Source of the DNA: an uncultured Verrucomicrobiae bacterium | Lineage (GTDB): Bacteria; Verrucomicrobiota; Verrucomicrobiia; Chthoniobacterales; UBA10450 | Reading direction: 5' to 3' | Assembly: GCA_963726745.1 (NCBI GenBank) | Contig: CAVSDR010000004.1 | Span: forward strand, 1-64,000 | DNA: 64,000 bases | In this document: positions 31,936 through 42,963 of the stretch, piece after piece | Numbering within the stretch: position 1 is the stretch's first letter | How the letters are laid out: every line of letters starts with the position of its first letter | Made by a program: the position numbers and the translations under genes | Notes under the pieces: generated by a model | Databases searched by the model: none | Told to the model about the DNA's origin: nothing | The model's input: only the letters and a program-made list of their open reading frames with translations

Positions 31936-33077
31936 GCCGCGGAGAGATTGCCACGAAAACGCCGCAGCGAAAGGAAGTCGATCGCGTGCGGCGTGCCGCC
32001 CTCGAGCGCGAGCTGCGCCGCGATCTCGCCGATGACCGAGGCAAACTTGAAGCCGTGCCCGGAGAAGCCGCCGCAAAGAATCACATCCGGATGTTCCGGG
32101 TGGCGATCGACCACGAAATGCTCGTCGTCGGTTAACGAGTACATGCAAACCTTGGCCGCGAGCAGGCGTCCGGCCGCGCCCGGCATCCAGCTTTCCATCG
32201 CGGCGACCAGCGGCGCGATGTCGCGCGCCTCGTCGATCTCGCGGTCGAGCTCCGGCGCGGAAGTGACCGTGCCGGCGCCGTGGAAGGCGGCCTTCACCCC
32301 TTCGCCGAAATCGGGGAAGCCGTAGAGCGGCGCCGGGAAGTGGTCGCGCGTGACCAGGAACGAAGGAAAACCGGGAGCCGCGTAGCCTCCCTGCGTCGGC
32401 TGGAACCACGCCTGCACCATGCGTTCCACCCGCAGCCGCACGCCGAGCGCGGCCAGCGTCTCGCGCACCCACGGCCCGAGCGCGAGCACCAGCCGGCGCG
32501 CCGTGACCGTCTCGCCGTTAGCCAGCGAGATGGCGAAACCGACGCCGCGCGCTTCCCAGCGAGTGAGCGCGGTTGCAAAACGCAACTCCGCGCCCGCGCG
32601 TCGCGCGACCCCGAGCTGCGCCGCGATCGCCCGCTCCGGTTGCAAGACGCCGCCATCCGTCTCCCAAAGCGCGACCTCTCCCGGCGCCAAGCGCAGGGTG
32701 GGAAAGCGCTTCCGCAATTCCTCCCGGCCTAACGAGTCCACCGCCAGGCCGTGCTCCTGCGCTGCCCGCAGGGTGCCGCGAATGATCTCGCTCCCTTCCG
32801 CGCCGATCGTGAGCAGCCCGGTGAGCCGGAGCAATTCCTCGCCACTCGCGTGCTCGAGCTCGCGCCAGAGCTCGTAGGCTCGCAAGACCAGCGGCACGTA
32901 GGCGGCATCTTCGAAATACGCTTTCCGGATCATCCGGCTGCGTCCGCTGGAGGAGCCGAGCTCGTGACCTTCGGCGAATTGCTCCAGGCCGAGGACGCGC
33001 GCGCCCCGCCGGGCACACTGCGCGGCAATGGCACTCCCCATTCCGCCCAATCCGATCACGGCCACGTCAAATTCCAT
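31932..33077 (-). CDS. solA: N-methyl-L-tryptophan oxidase / monomeric sarcosine oxidase
   Basis: GLGGMGS, CMYS, D.HFVVD and GFSGHGFKF motifs. Confidence 0.88.
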   Translation of the reverse strand: MEFDVAVIGLGGMGSAIAAQCARRGARVLGLEQFAEGHELGSSSGRSRMIRKAYFEDAAYVPLVLRAYELWRELEHASGEELLRLTGLLTIGAEGSEIIRGTLRAAQEHGLAVDSLGREELRKRFPTLRLAPGEVALWETDGGVLQPERAIAAQLGVARRAGAELRFATALTRWEARGVGFAISLANGETVTARRLVLALGPWVRETLAALGVRLRVERMVQAWFQPTQGGYAAPGFPSFLVTRDHFPAPLYGFPDFGEGVKAAFHGAGTVTSAPELDREIDEARDIAPLVAAMESWMPGAAGRLLAAKVCMYSLTDDEHFVVDRHPEHPDVILCGGFSGHGFKFASVIGEIAAQLALEGGTPHAIDFLSLRRFRGNLSAA

Positions 33078-33131
33078 CGCTTGCAGAACATGACGCTTTC
33101 CGCAGAAAGACAAATTGGGCAAGCTCCCGCC

Positions 33132-33939
33132 GTGCAATCGCCTCCCGCACCCTGGCTCGTCTTCATCGGCCGCATCGGCTTTCTCGCGCAAGGCCTGGTC
33201 TACGTTTGCATGGGACTCTTCTCGGCCACGGCCGCGCTCGAAGGGGCCAGCCGCGCGACCGGCTCGCGCGATCTCCTGCAAACGATCGTGCGCCAGCCGT
33301 TCGGTCGCGTTCTCCTGCTTGTGCTCATCGGCGGGCTCTGCTGCTACGTCGTCTGGCGGGTTTTAGCCGCGCTCCTGGATGTCGCGAACGACGGCCGCGA
33401 TGCCAAGGGCCTGGCTCTGCGCGCGCGCTCCTTTGTTGTCGCGCTGATCTATGCCGGCCTCGCTTTTGCCGGCATTAAGACGCTCGTCGGCACGGGCGGG
33501 AAATCCGGCGGCGGCGACCAGGCGGCGCGCGACGTGGACCGCGACCGCGCTGGCCTCTCCGTTTGGGAAAACGCTGGTTGTTCTCATCGGCGCGGGCGTG
33601 GCCGTGGCTGGGATCGGGCAAGGTTATCGCGCTTTCCGGCAAAAATTTGCGGAGCAACTCGACCTCGGCGAGCTCGACAAGACCGCGCGCACCTGGGTGC
33701 TGCGGGTTTGTTCCTTCGGGCTGGCCGCGCGCGGCCTGGTCTTCCTGCTCGCTGGCGGATTTCTCGTGGCCGCCGGCTTGCATTCGAATCCCTCGAAAGC
33801 GCGTGGCCTGCCCGGCGCCTTGAGTTCGCTGCACGCGCAGCCGTTGGGCCGCTGGCTCTTCGCCTTCACCGCGGTGGGCCTGGCGGCATACGGCGTGTTT
33901 GCCTGCGTGAAAGCGCGCTACGGGAAAATCGCGCAATGA
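33132..33939 (+). CDS. DUF1206 membrane protein (frameshift near 33540)
   Basis: Repeated RIG..A.GLVY / QPFGR.LL units split over two frames. Confidence 0.8.
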
Positions 33940-34601
33940 CCGCGCCGGCGCGCTTCCTCGACCTGAGCCACACGGTCGAACACGGGATGGTGACCTACCA
34001 AGGTCTGCCCGCGCCGGTGATTTGCGATTGGCTTAGCCGCGAAGCTTCGCGCAGCCGCTACGCGCCCGGGACCGAGTTCCAGATTGGCAAGATCGAGATG
34101 GTGGCGAACACCGGCACTTACATCGATAGCCCATTCCATCGTTATGCCGATGGGATCGATCTCGCGGAGCTGCCGCTCGAGTCGCTGGCTAATTTGCCCT
34201 GCCTGGTCGTGCGCGCGACGGAGCGCGAAAGCCGCGCGGTGAAAATGCTGCCTAACGAGTTGGATTGCCGCGGCGCTGCGGTCCTCTTCCACACCGGCTG
34301 GGCCAAACACTGGCGCACCGAGCGCTACTTCGCGGGGCATCCGCATTTGACCGCGGAATTAGCCGACGATCTGGTCGCGCGCGGCGCGGCGCTCGTGGGG
34401 ATCGATTCCTTTAACATCGACTCGACCGACGACGGCACGCGCCCGGTCCACTCCATCCTGCTCGCGGCCGGCATCCCGATCGTGGAGCACCTCCGCGGCC
34501 TGGAGCAACTACCCGATGCGGGCGCGCGGTTCTACGCGGTGCCGGTGAAGGTCAAAGGCATGGGCACTTTCCCGGTGCGCGCCTTTGCCCGGCTCGCTTG
34601 A
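33936..34601 (+). CDS. Cyclase family (kynurenine formamidase-like) protein
   Basis: DLSH, NTGTYIDSPFH, VGID and PIVEHL motifs. Confidence 0.9.
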   Translation: MTAPARFLDLSHTVEHGMVTYQGLPAPVICDWLSREASRSRYAPGTEFQIGKIEMVANTGTYIDSPFHRYADGIDLAELPLESLANLPCLVVRATERESRAVKMLPNELDCRGAAVLFHTGWAKHWRTERYFAGHPHLTAELADDLVARGAALVGIDSFNIDSTDDGTRPVHSILLAAGIPIVEHLRGLEQLPDAGARFYAVPVKVKGMGTFPVRAFARLA

Positions 34602-34603
34602 AA

Positions 34604-34635
34604 GAAAGGCGCGGGAGCGAACCCCCGCGCCTTTC
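34604..34635. terminator. Hairpin between convergent genes
   Basis: GAAAGGCGCGGG-N8-CCCGCGCCTTTC. Confidence 0.7.
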
Positions 34636-34658
34636 CGCTGCAACCAACAACTTGTTGG

Positions 34659-35003
34659 CTAAAATTCGAGCTCGAGGTCTTCCTCGCAGAAGTCGAAGGC
34701 CTTCGCCTCCGATTCTTCGCCGTCGGCAAACTCCGCCTTGAAGAACCATTTGCAGCCGCTGTCGTTCGTCTTCTTGTCCCAGTTTAAGGTCACCGTCTTG
34801 CCGGCGGGGATGCCCGCGCCGATGTCGAAAGCGCCGTAGGACTTGCCGTCTTCCGAGGCCATCAGCTTGGTGATTTTGTCCTTCGTGCTGTTATGCACCT
34901 TGAACGAGAACTGATCGTCCGCCGCGGCCAACTGGCGCACTGGGGTCATCAGGGTGGCGAAAGCGAGCGCGGCGAGCGCCGCCAACTTTAGGTATTTTTT
35001 CAT
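34659..35003 (-). CDS. Small secreted hypothetical protein
   Basis: Signal peptide, beta-rich body and two Cys. Confidence 0.8.
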   Translation of the reverse strand: MKKYLKLAALAALAFATLMTPVRQLAAADDQFSFKVHNSTKDKITKLMASEDGKSYGAFDIGAGIPAGKTVTLNWDKKTNDSGCKWFFKAEFADGEESEAKAFDFCEEDLELEF

Positions 35004-35043
35004 TGGGGCTCGAAATAGCAGTTGATGTGCCGAAGGTAAAGCG

Positions 35044-35610
35044 ATGCCTACGCAAGCCGAAAGCGCCCTCGCCCTGCTGCACGAATGGGTCCAGGCGGAG
35101 AGTCTCCGCCGCCACTGCTACGCGGTCGCCGATGCCATGCGGCACTTCGCAAATCTGCGCGGCGCCGATGCCGATCTCTGGGAAGCCGTCGGCCTCTTGC
35201 ACGATCTGGATTACGAGCGCCATCCCACCGTCGAGGAGCATCCTTTTGTCGGCGTCGCCTTTCTCCGCCAGGAAGGCTGGAGCGAGGAAGTCTGCCGCGC
35301 GATTCTCGCGCATGCCGACTACGCCAACAGCCCGCGCACGACGCCGCTGGAGAAAACGCTCTACGCAGTCGACGAGTTGAGCGGCTTCGTGACCGCAGTC
35401 GCGCGGGTGCGCCCGACAAAAAACATCCGCGACGTCGACGTGGCCGCGGTGAAGCGAAAGATGAAGGACAAGGCCTTCGCGCGAGCGGTCAACCGGGAAG
35501 ACATCCTCCGCGGCGCCGCGGAACTCGAGCAACCGCTCGAGGAAGTGATCGCGCACGTCATCCAGGCGCTTCAGGCCGATGCCGCGCGGCTGGGGCTGGC
35601 GGGCACCTAG
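35044..35610 (+). CDS. HD-domain metal-dependent phosphohydrolase
   Basis: RRHC, LLHDLD, ILAH and VDELSG motifs. Confidence 0.9.
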   Translation: MPTQAESALALLHEWVQAESLRRHCYAVADAMRHFANLRGADADLWEAVGLLHDLDYERHPTVEEHPFVGVAFLRQEGWSEEVCRAILAHADYANSPRTTPLEKTLYAVDELSGFVTAVARVRPTKNIRDVDVAAVKRKMKDKAFARAVNREDILRGAAELEQPLEEVIAHVIQALQADAARLGLAGT

Positions 35611-35644
35611 GGCGCGCCCGCCAGTGCCCACCAGAAGTCGCCGG

Positions 35645-36106
35645 CTAATCTTTGTCGGTCTCTTTCTCCTTGGCGTCGTCCTTGTCGTCGTCGTCCTCGC
35701 CGGCGCCCTTGCCTTCGATCTTAAACTTCCCGGTCGTCGCCAGCTTCTCGCCTTGGTAGATCTCCACGCGGTACTGGCCCACCGGCCAGCCTTTGGTCGG
35801 CTTGGTGAGCGAGAAGGCGCCAAAGAAATTGTCCTTGTCCGCGGTCAACGAGGCTTCGTCGATCTTGGTGCCCTTCGGCGCGGCGTCGCCCACGTCGTCG
35901 GCAATCCAGACGCCCTTCAGGACGTCGCCTTTTTTGGTCCCGGTGCTTCGGAAAAAGGCGTAGATCTTCGGCACGTCTGCGGAAAATTCATCCGTTGGCT
36001 TGGTTTCCTGGTCCTTGGCGAAAGCGACCTCCACTTTGGCATCCCCCGCGCGCGCGATCGAGAGACCGAAGGCGGCGCACAACACTAGAGCAAACATGCG
36101 TTTCAT
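35645..36106 (-). CDS. Secreted hypothetical protein
   Basis: Signal peptide and GWPVGQYRVEIY Ig-like motif. Confidence 0.8.
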   Translation of the reverse strand: MKRMFALVLCAAFGLSIARAGDAKVEVAFAKDQETKPTDEFSADVPKIYAFFRSTGTKKGDVLKGVWIADDVGDAAPKGTKIDEASLTADKDNFFGAFSLTKPTKGWPVGQYRVEIYQGEKLATTGKFKIEGKGAGEDDDDKDDAKEKETDKD

Positions 36107-36206
36107 GCGCGCGAGCTTGCCTAGCGTTCGCTCCGCGTCAAACCAGCGCGCGCCGGGCACGGGAAATCTGCCGCGGTGGTATGCAACTTTCTCTCCGAAG
36201 GGAGGT

Positions 36207-36560
36207 ATGCGGGTTTTGATCGCAGAGGATAACCACGAGGTCGCCGGGGCGCTCTCGGAGCTGGTTGGCGCGGCGCAGCACGAAGTCGTGGAAATCGCCG
36301 CCTCCGGTCTCCGGGCAATGAGCGCCTACGAGCGGCTCCGGCCGGACGTAGTCATGATGGATTACATGATGTCCGGGCTGAACGGCGCCACTGCCTGCCG
36401 CAACATCATGGCGAAACATCCGGCCGCCCGCGTGGTCCTCGTGTCCGCCGCGCTCCAACCGCATGATCTCTCGCGGATGGACTGCGGCGCGCGCGCGATC
36501 CTGCGCAAGCCGGTCGACTTGCTCGAGGTGCAGCGCGTCCTCGCAGAAGTTGCTGCCTAA
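36207..36560 (+). CDS. Single-domain response regulator
   Basis: LIAED, MDYMM and RKP motifs. Confidence 0.85.
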   Translation: MRVLIAEDNHEVAGALSELVGAAQHEVVEIAASGLRAMSAYERLRPDVVMMDYMMSGLNGATACRNIMAKHPAARVVLVSAALQPHDLSRMDCGARAILRKPVDLLEVQRVLAEVAA

Positions 36561-36573
36561 CGAACGCCGCCGC

Positions 36574-36999
36574 TCAGTCTTTCACCTTCAAGAGCAGCAC
36601 CGGCACGTCGACCCGGTGCCGCACCTTGTCCGCGGTGCTCCCGTAGATCACGTCGCCGATGAAACCATGCCCATGCGTGGTCATGGCGATCAGGCTGACC
36701 TGCGCCGATTCCGCGAGCTTGATGATCTCGCTCGCCGGATCACCCATCGCCAGGACCGAGCTGGCCTCGAAGCCTTCGCTCCGCAGCTCGCCCTCGATGC
36801 GCGCGAGATACTCACGATCGCTCCGGATCTCCTCGCTCTCCTGCAACCGCAGTTGCTCGAAGTTCCGCGCGGCCCAGCCATCGGCCACGTGCACCAGGAT
36901 CAGTTTCGAATGCGCCATCCGCGCGAGCAGCCGGATGTGCTCCAGGATGGTGCGATCGGTCGCGCGGTTTTCCAAGGGGACAAGAATCGTGGAATACAT
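36574..36999 (-). CDS. Universal stress protein
   Basis: ILVPL, GDPA and HGHG...YGSTADKV...PVLL motifs. Confidence 0.9.
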   Translation of the reverse strand: MYSTILVPLENRATDRTILEHIRLLARMAHSKLILVHVADGWAARNFEQLRLQESEEIRSDREYLARIEGELRSEGFEASSVLAMGDPASEIIKLAESAQVSLIAMTTHGHGFIGDVIYGSTADKVRHRVDVPVLLLKVKD

Positions 37000-37010
37000 C
37001 GGGGGGTCTC

Positions 37011-38372
37011 CTAGCTGATCCATTCACGGACGGTTTGCACCAGCAACCAGGCGTTCAGCGCGGCGATCACCAGGGCGATGATCCACGCCAGTCCCTTGAC
37101 GATCACGCCATTCGCAAACTCGCCCATCTTCAACTTGTCGTTAGTAAACATGACCAGCGGGAAAACTGCGAAGCTCAACTGCAAACTCAGGATCACCTGG
37201 CTCAGGACCAGCAGGTCGGTCGTGCCGCGCTCCCCGTAGATCGCGGTCACGATCACCGCCGGCACGATCGCAATCCCGCGCGTGATCAAGCGCCGCAGCC
37301 ACGGGCGCATGCGGATGTTAAGAAATCCTTCCATCACGATCTGGCCCGCGAGCGTCCCGGTGAGGGTGGAGTTTTGGCCGGAAGCGAGGAGAGCGAGCGC
37401 GAACAGGGTGCTCGCTCCGGTCACCCCAAGAAGTGGCGTGAGGAGTTGATAGGCTTCCTGGATTTCGGCGACGTCGTTCCGCCCGCGCGTGTAAAAAGTG
37501 GCCGCGGAGACGATCAAGATCGCGGCGTTGATGAAGAGCGCGAACATCAGCGCGAGCGTGGAATCGATCGTGGCGAATTTGATCGCCTCGCGTTTTCCCG
37601 GCGCGTTCAGCGCGTAGCGCCGCGTCTGCACGATCGAGGAATGCAGGTAGAGATTATGCGGCATGACGGTCGCGCCGAGGATGCCGATGGCGATGTAGAG
37701 CATCCCCGGATCGAGCACGATTTCCTTCGTGGGGATGAACCCCTTCGCAATCCCGAACAAGTCCGGCCGCGAGGCAATCAGCTCCCAGGCGAAGCAGCCG
37801 CCGATGACCGCGATGAGCGTGATGACCAGCGCCTCGATGTAGCGGAAGCCCTTATTCTGCAGGAACAGGACCACGAAGACATCGAGTGCGGTAATGCAGA
37901 CACCGTAGATCACGGGAATGCCAAAAAGGAGATAGAGCGCAATCGCCGAGCCGATGATTTCCGCGAGGTCGCAGGCCGCGATCGCGAGCTCGCAGATGAC
38001 CCAGAGGAAAAACGAAACCGGCCGGCTGTAGTGATCGCGGCAGGCCTGCGCGAGGTCGCGCCCGGTCACGATCCCGAGCTTGAGCGAAAGCGCCTGGAGC
38101 AGGATCGCCATCAGGTTGGAGATCATGATCACCGAGAGGAGCGCGTAGTTGTATTTCGAACCGCCCGCGAGATCGGTCGCCCAGTTGCCCGGGTCCATGT
38201 AACCGACCGCGACCAGGAAACCGGGCCCGGCAAAGGCCAGGAGCTTGCGGAAGAAGCTCGCGCCCGAGGGCACCAACATACTCCGGTGCACCTCGGAAAG
38301 GCTGGCCCGCACCGGCTGGGTGCGGAAACCCGCGGAGGTGTGAGCCTCCTCGGGCTCCTCGGAGTTAGACAT
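37011..38372 (-). CDS. mntH: Nramp divalent metal (Mn2+) transporter
   Basis: [15 protein letters not shown] and GQIVMEGF motifs. Confidence 0.95.
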   Translation of the reverse strand: MSNSEEPEEAHTSAGFRTQPVRASLSEVHRSMLVPSGASFFRKLLAFAGPGFLVAVGYMDPGNWATDLAGGSKYNYALLSVIMISNLMAILLQALSLKLGIVTGRDLAQACRDHYSRPVSFFLWVICELAIAACDLAEIIGSAIALYLLFGIPVIYGVCITALDVFVVLFLQNKGFRYIEALVITLIAVIGGCFAWELIASRPDLFGIAKGFIPTKEIVLDPGMLYIAIGILGATVMPHNLYLHSSIVQTRRYALNAPGKREAIKFATIDSTLALMFALFINAAILIVSAATFYTRGRNDVAEIQEAYQLLTPLLGVTGASTLFALALLASGQNSTLTGTLAGQIVMEGFLNIRMRPWLRRLITRGIAIVPAVIVTAIYGERGTTDLLVLSQVILSLQLSFAVFPLVMFTNDKLKMGEFANGVIVKGLAWIIALVIAALNAWLLVQTVREWIS

Positions 38373-38465
38373 GGCTAACTTTGTTGTCGTTGGGCAGAAA
38401 AGTGTCAACGGCAAAACTTTATCCGTTTGACCGAGGCCCGCCTTTGTCGAAACATCGGCAAGCCC

Positions 38466-38900
38466 ATGCCCGCCCGCGCCCAGTCTGCCGCTCGCAATTC
38501 CACTGCGGTGGAGGATTACCTCGAGCGCATCCTTGAGCTGATCAATTCCAAGGGCTACGCCCGCGTGGTCGACATCGCCTCCAGCCTCAAGATTTCCCAG
38601 GCGAGCGTGAGCAACATGGTCCAGCGGCTCGATGGCGAAGGCCTCTTGAAATACGAAAAGTATCGCGGCCTCGTCCTGACTACTGCCGGCGAAACGCTCG
38701 CGCGCAACATCGCCCGCCGGCACGAGTTGCTGGCTGATTTTCTCCAGCTCCTCGGGCTCGACGAGCGCGTGATCGAACACGACGTCGAGGGCATGGAGCA
38801 CCACATCAGCCCGCCCACGCTCCGCGCGATCGAGGCTTTGACTGCCCTCCTCCGGCGCCGCCCGGCGCTGCTTGCGCAGCTCGCGAAGTCGATCGCCTAG
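38466..38900 (+). CDS. mntR: DtxR/MntR family metal-dependent repressor
   Basis: EDYLE, HTH, RRH and EGMEH motifs; divergent from mntH. Confidence 0.9.
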   Translation: MPARAQSAARNSTAVEDYLERILELINSKGYARVVDIASSLKISQASVSNMVQRLDGEGLLKYEKYRGLVLTTAGETLARNIARRHELLADFLQLLGLDERVIEHDVEGMEHHISPPTLRAIEALTALLRRRPALLAQLAKSIA

Positions 38901-38914
38901 CCGCTCCGCGTCGC

Positions 38915-40303
38915 ATGCAACCGCTCGTGCTGGCGATCGATCTCGGAAGCTCCTCGGTGCGCACGGCGCTCTTCCGTGCGAACGGCGCGCGCCTCCTCCC
39001 GAGCAGCGCCAGCCGCTCCTACGCCATCCGCTATTCCGCCGATGGCGCGGCCGAGCTCGATCCCCTCATCCTCCTACGCGCCGCCCGCGCCTGCTTCCGC
39101 GAGACGGCGTCGAAAGCGCCGCCTAACGAGAGCATCGAGCTCATCTCCGGCTCCGGTTTTTGGCACAGCCTGCTCGGTTTGGACAAAGCCGGGCAGCCGC
39201 TCACTCCGGTCTACACCTGGGCCGATGCGCGCGCAGCGCCCGATGCCGCGCGGCTGCGCGAGGAATTCTCCGAACGAGAAATCCAGCAGCGCACCGGCTG
39301 CATGCTCCGCGCTCCTTTCTGGCCGGCGAAGCTCCGCTGGCTCCGCCGCACCGAGCCCGCGGTCTTTCGCCGCGTGGCTGTTTGGATTTCACCCGCGAGC
39401 TGGATTTTCCGGGAGCTCTTCGGCGTGCTCGCGACGAGCGCTTCCATGGCCAGCGGCACCGGTCTCTACCAGCTCGCGACCGGGCAGTGGGATGCCGACT
39501 TCTGCCACGCCTGCGACGTGGACCCGGTCCAGCTCGGACCGATCGCGGCGAGCTTCGATATCTTCAACGCCCGCGTCTTCACCACGATCGGCGACGGCGC
39601 CGCGAGCAATCTCGGCTCGGGCGCGAACGGCGCGGGCAGGCTGGCGATCAACGTCGGCACAAGCGCGGCCGCGCGCTTGATCCTGCCACGCTCCGCGCGC
39701 GTCCCGCGTGGCCTGTTCAAGTTCGTAGTCGATCAGCAGCGTGTGGTCGTCGGCGGCGCGATCAGCAACGCGGGGAATTTGCGGAAGTGGAGCCTGCGGG
39801 AGTTGCGGCTCGCGCAAGACCCGCCGCTCGACCGCGCGGCCGCGGCCCACGATGCGCTCACGGTTTTGCCGTTCTGGGTCGAGGAGCGCGCGCCCACCTG
39901 GCCGGGCGAAATGCGCGGCGCCCTCGTCGGCTTGACTGCGGTCACTTCCGCGACTGACATCCTCCGCGCGCTCACCACGAGCGTCTTTTACCGGCTGGGC
40001 GCGATCGTCGATGCGCTTGCGCGCAAGTTCGGCGAGCCAGGGGAAATCATCGTTTCGGGCGGCATCCTGCAATCACCCGAGGCGCTGGCAATTTTAGCCG
40101 ACACTTTGGGCCGCGACCTGCGCCGCTGCCGGGAAATGGAAAGCTCGCTCCGCGGCGCCGCCGTGCGCGCGCTGGAGCAATCCGGCGCCGCGGTGAAGGC
40201 GCTGCCCGCGGGTCGCCTGGTGAAACACCGGCCTTCTCTCAGCGAACGGCACCGTGCCCGCCGCGCGGAACAGGAAGCGCTCGAGCGGCGCCTCGCTCGT
40301 TAG
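38915..40303 (+). CDS. FGGY family sugar kinase (gluconokinase-like)
   Basis: IDLGSSS, TWAD, GDG, NVGTS and ERAP motifs. Confidence 0.85.
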   Translation: MQPLVLAIDLGSSSVRTALFRANGARLLPSSASRSYAIRYSADGAAELDPLILLRAARACFRETASKAPPNESIELISGSGFWHSLLGLDKAGQPLTPVYTWADARAAPDAARLREEFSEREIQQRTGCMLRAPFWPAKLRWLRRTEPAVFRRVAVWISPASWIFRELFGVLATSASMASGTGLYQLATGQWDADFCHACDVDPVQLGPIAASFDIFNARVFTTIGDGAASNLGSGANGAGRLAINVGTSAAARLILPRSARVPRGLFKFVVDQQRVVVGGAISNAGNLRKWSLRELRLAQDPPLDRAAAAHDALTVLPFWVEERAPTWPGEMRGALVGLTAVTSATDILRALTTSVFYRLGAIVDALARKFGEPGEIIVSGGILQSPEALAILADTLGRDLRRCREMESSLRGAAVRALEQSGAAVKALPAGRLVKHRPSLSERHRARRAEQEALERRLAR

Positions 40304-41715
40304 GCCGCGGCGTCGCTTTGCGCTTTTTCCTGCGCCTGCGCTTCGCTGCTTAGCTTTTGAAAATGCAGTTCCTCGACCCGGCGGCCGTCGGTCTTGGTAA
40401 TCGTGACCAGGTAGTTTTCGATCCGCACCTGCTCGCCGTGCTTCGGCAGATGCCCCAGCAAATGCGTCACGTAACCGCCGATCGTGCTCACGTCCGAGCT
40501 CTCGAGCGTGAGGTCGGCCATATCCTGCAGTTCATACAGCCCGACCGCCCCTTCGAGGGTGAATTCGTTCTCGTTGATCGCGCGAAACTCCGCCTTCTCG
40601 GCATCGAACTCGTCCTGGATGTCGCCGACTAATTCCTCGAGCACGTTCTCCAGCGTGACCATGCCGACGGTGCCGCCGTATTCATCCACCACGACCGCGA
40701 GATGCGCGTGCTTCGTGAGGAAAAGATTGAGCAACTTCTCGAGCTGCATCATCTCCGGGACGTTCAAGACGTCGCGACGGATCGCCATCAAATCCGGCTG
40801 CGGGTGGCGCATCATCGGCACCAGCTCCTTGATGTGGATCAGGCCAATGGTGTTGTCGAGATGGCCGCGGCAAAGCGGGAAACGCGTGTGCCGCGACTCG
40901 AGCGCCTTGCGCACGTTATCCTCGAAGCTCTCCTCGAGATCGAGCGACACCACTTCGCCGCGCGGCGTCATGATATCGCGGACGACGCGACGGCGCATGT
41001 CGAGCGCGTTCACCAGAATGTCACGCCCGAGCGTGGAGACTTCCGCGGAGCCTTCGCTTTCCTCGAGGATCAAGCGCAGCTCTTCTTCGCTGTGCGCGAG
41101 CTCGCCCTCGGCCGCCGGTTCCAGGCGCAGGATCGAGCGCAGGACCCAATTAGACGACGCATTCAGAAACCAGATCGCCGGCCGGAAAATCGTGTAGAAG
41201 AACCGCAGCGGCGCACTCACCCAAAGAGTTGTCGGGAGCGGCTTGCGAATCGCGAGAATTTTCGGTGCCTGTTCGCCGATCACGATATGCAGGAAGGTGA
41301 TCAGCGAGAAAGCGATCGCGAACGAAACCGAGGTGATGATCGTGACCGAGGTAATGCCAACAAGAGCGAAGGCAGGCTGAAGGATCTGCGCCAGGAATGG
41401 CTCACCCAGCCAACCGAGCCCGAGGCTGGCGAGCGTGATCCCGAGCTGGCAGGCGGACAAATAGGCATCGAGATGGGAAGTGACGTGCTGCCCGGCGAGC
41501 GCGCGTTTGTTTCCCTCGGCTGCGAGCATCTCGAGCTGGCTCGTGCGGATCTTCACGAGCGCGAACTCCGAGGCCACGAAGAAGCCGTTCAGGAAAACCA
41601 ACAGCCCGATAATGCCCAGCTTCGCGAAAATGGCACCGGGCGATTCCCAGTGCTGCGCCAGCTCCGCGGCCGCGAGGGGCCACGAAGATTCAAAAACCAA
41701 AAATGAAATGCTCAT
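40300..41715 (-). CDS. CNNM/hemolysin family protein (DUF21-CBS-CorC)
   Basis: [25 protein letters not shown] and GDIQDE motifs. Confidence 0.92.
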   Translation of the reverse strand: MSISFLVFESSWPLAAAELAQHWESPGAIFAKLGIIGLLVFLNGFFVASEFALVKIRTSQLEMLAAEGNKRALAGQHVTSHLDAYLSACQLGITLASLGLGWLGEPFLAQILQPAFALVGITSVTIITSVSFAIAFSLITFLHIVIGEQAPKILAIRKPLPTTLWVSAPLRFFYTIFRPAIWFLNASSNWVLRSILRLEPAAEGELAHSEEELRLILEESEGSAEVSTLGRDILVNALDMRRRVVRDIMTPRGEVVSLDLEESFEDNVRKALESRHTRFPLCRGHLDNTIGLIHIKELVPMMRHPQPDLMAIRRDVLNVPEMMQLEKLLNLFLTKHAHLAVVVDEYGGTVGMVTLENVLEELVGDIQDEFDAEKAEFRAINENEFTLEGAVGLYELQDMADLTLESSDVSTIGGYVTHLLGHLPKHGEQVRIENYLVTITKTDGRRVEELHFQKLSSEAQAQEKAQSDAAA

Positions 41716-41766
41716 CGCGCGGATGCCCTCCCTGGCATCCGGAACCTAACGTCTGCGGGCTCGGGA

Positions 41767-42036
41767 CTACCAGCTCGACTTTGTCACCCCGGGGATGAGC
41801 CCGGCGGAAGCGAGCTCACGGAAAGTGAGACGCGAAATTTTGAAGCGGCGAATAAAGGCGCGCCGGCGACCGCTCACTTCGCAGCGGTTGACTACGCGGG
41901 TGGGGCTGGCGTTACGCGGCAACTGCGAGAGCGCGGCATAGTCTTTCTTTGCCTTTAGCTCGGCACGCAGCGCGGCATACTTTTTCACGGTTTCACGCTT
42001 GCGTTCGTTGCGGTTGATCCAGGAAGTCTTCGCCAT
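41767..42036 (-). CDS. rpsN: 30S ribosomal protein S14, zinc-independent 89 aa type
   Basis: MAKTS...LPRNASP.R..NRC...GR...IPGVTKSSW. Confidence 0.97.
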   Translation of the reverse strand: MAKTSWINRNERKRETVKKYAALRAELKAKKDYAALSQLPRNASPTRVVNRCEVSGRRRAFIRRFKISRLTFRELASAGLIPGVTKSSW

Positions 42037-42151
42037 AAAAATTGAACGCGGAACCTATCGTCCGAAGCGGGCATTGCAAGGGCTTTTTCGGGCGAATCTC
42101 GTTAGGGCCGCAGGCCCGCGCGCACCGCATCCAACGCCCCCGCCGCGCGCG

Positions 42152-42961
42152 ATGCAGTTCTACATGCTTCCGCTTCATTCCGCCACTTTTCCCGCGACCG
42201 CCGCTGAATTGAAAGCGCTGCTTAATCGGAGCGTGCAGGAGCTTTTCGAGGGCGCCCCGGATGCCGTCGCGGTCGAGGACCTGGCCTACCCGGAACTGCG
42301 CGCGCTCACTCTTACGCTCGACGGCGCCAGCCTGCGGCCCAATCCGCCGCGCCCGCCGGCGCTCGCCGGTGCCACCTCCCCCGCCCTCACCGCGGAGAGC
42401 CTGCAGCTTGCGGCCGCGCCGCTTCGCCTCGGGCCGGTGGGGTTGCAGGTGCGCCTCGCGGCCGAGGACGTGGCGCTCCACCAAGGACGCGATGCGGCCG
42501 GCGAGATCATGCTCGTCCTCCAGAGCGCGAAAAACGGCACCGTGGAAATCAGCGCCCCCGCGACCGAGGTCGAGCAGGCGATCGCCGCGCTCGCGAAAGC
42601 GGAAGCTGGCAAGCACGGCGTCACTATTGAGGAAGTGAAGCTGCACGCACGCAGCCGCGACGAACGCAGCGTGGATGCGGAAGTGCAGGTCCTGGCGCGG
42701 AAACTTTTCTTTCGCACGACCGTGCGCATCCGGGCGCGCCTGGAATTAGACGACGACTTGAACGCGCGACTTTCCGAAGTGTCCTGCGAGGGCGAGGGCG
42801 CGATTGGCTCGGTCGCTTGCGGTGTGCTCGAGCCGCATGTGCGCAAGCTCGACGGCCGCGTTTTCCCGTTAATGGCGCTGCCTCTCGGCGAAATAAAACT
42901 GCGCGAGGTGCGGTTGGCCGCAGGCGACCAACTCCGCGTCTCCGCGGAATTCGGCGCCTAA
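42152..42961 (+). CDS. Hypothetical protein
   Basis: Long ORF with host-like codon usage; no family recognised. Confidence 0.7.
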   Translation: MQFYMLPLHSATFPATAAELKALLNRSVQELFEGAPDAVAVEDLAYPELRALTLTLDGASLRPNPPRPPALAGATSPALTAESLQLAAAPLRLGPVGLQVRLAAEDVALHQGRDAAGEIMLVLQSAKNGTVEISAPATEVEQAIAALAKAEAGKHGVTIEEVKLHARSRDERSVDAEVQVLARKLFFRTTVRIRARLELDDDLNARLSEVSCEGEGAIGSVACGVLEPHVRKLDGRVFPLMALPLGEIKLREVRLAAGDQLRVSAEFGA

Positions 42962-42963
42962 GC

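Noticed and set aside
32751..34601. 616 aa DUF1206-cyclase fusion in the ORF track
   Set aside because: This is an artefact of the frameshift near 33540. The cyclase has its own ATG at 33936 overlapping the DUF1206 stop.
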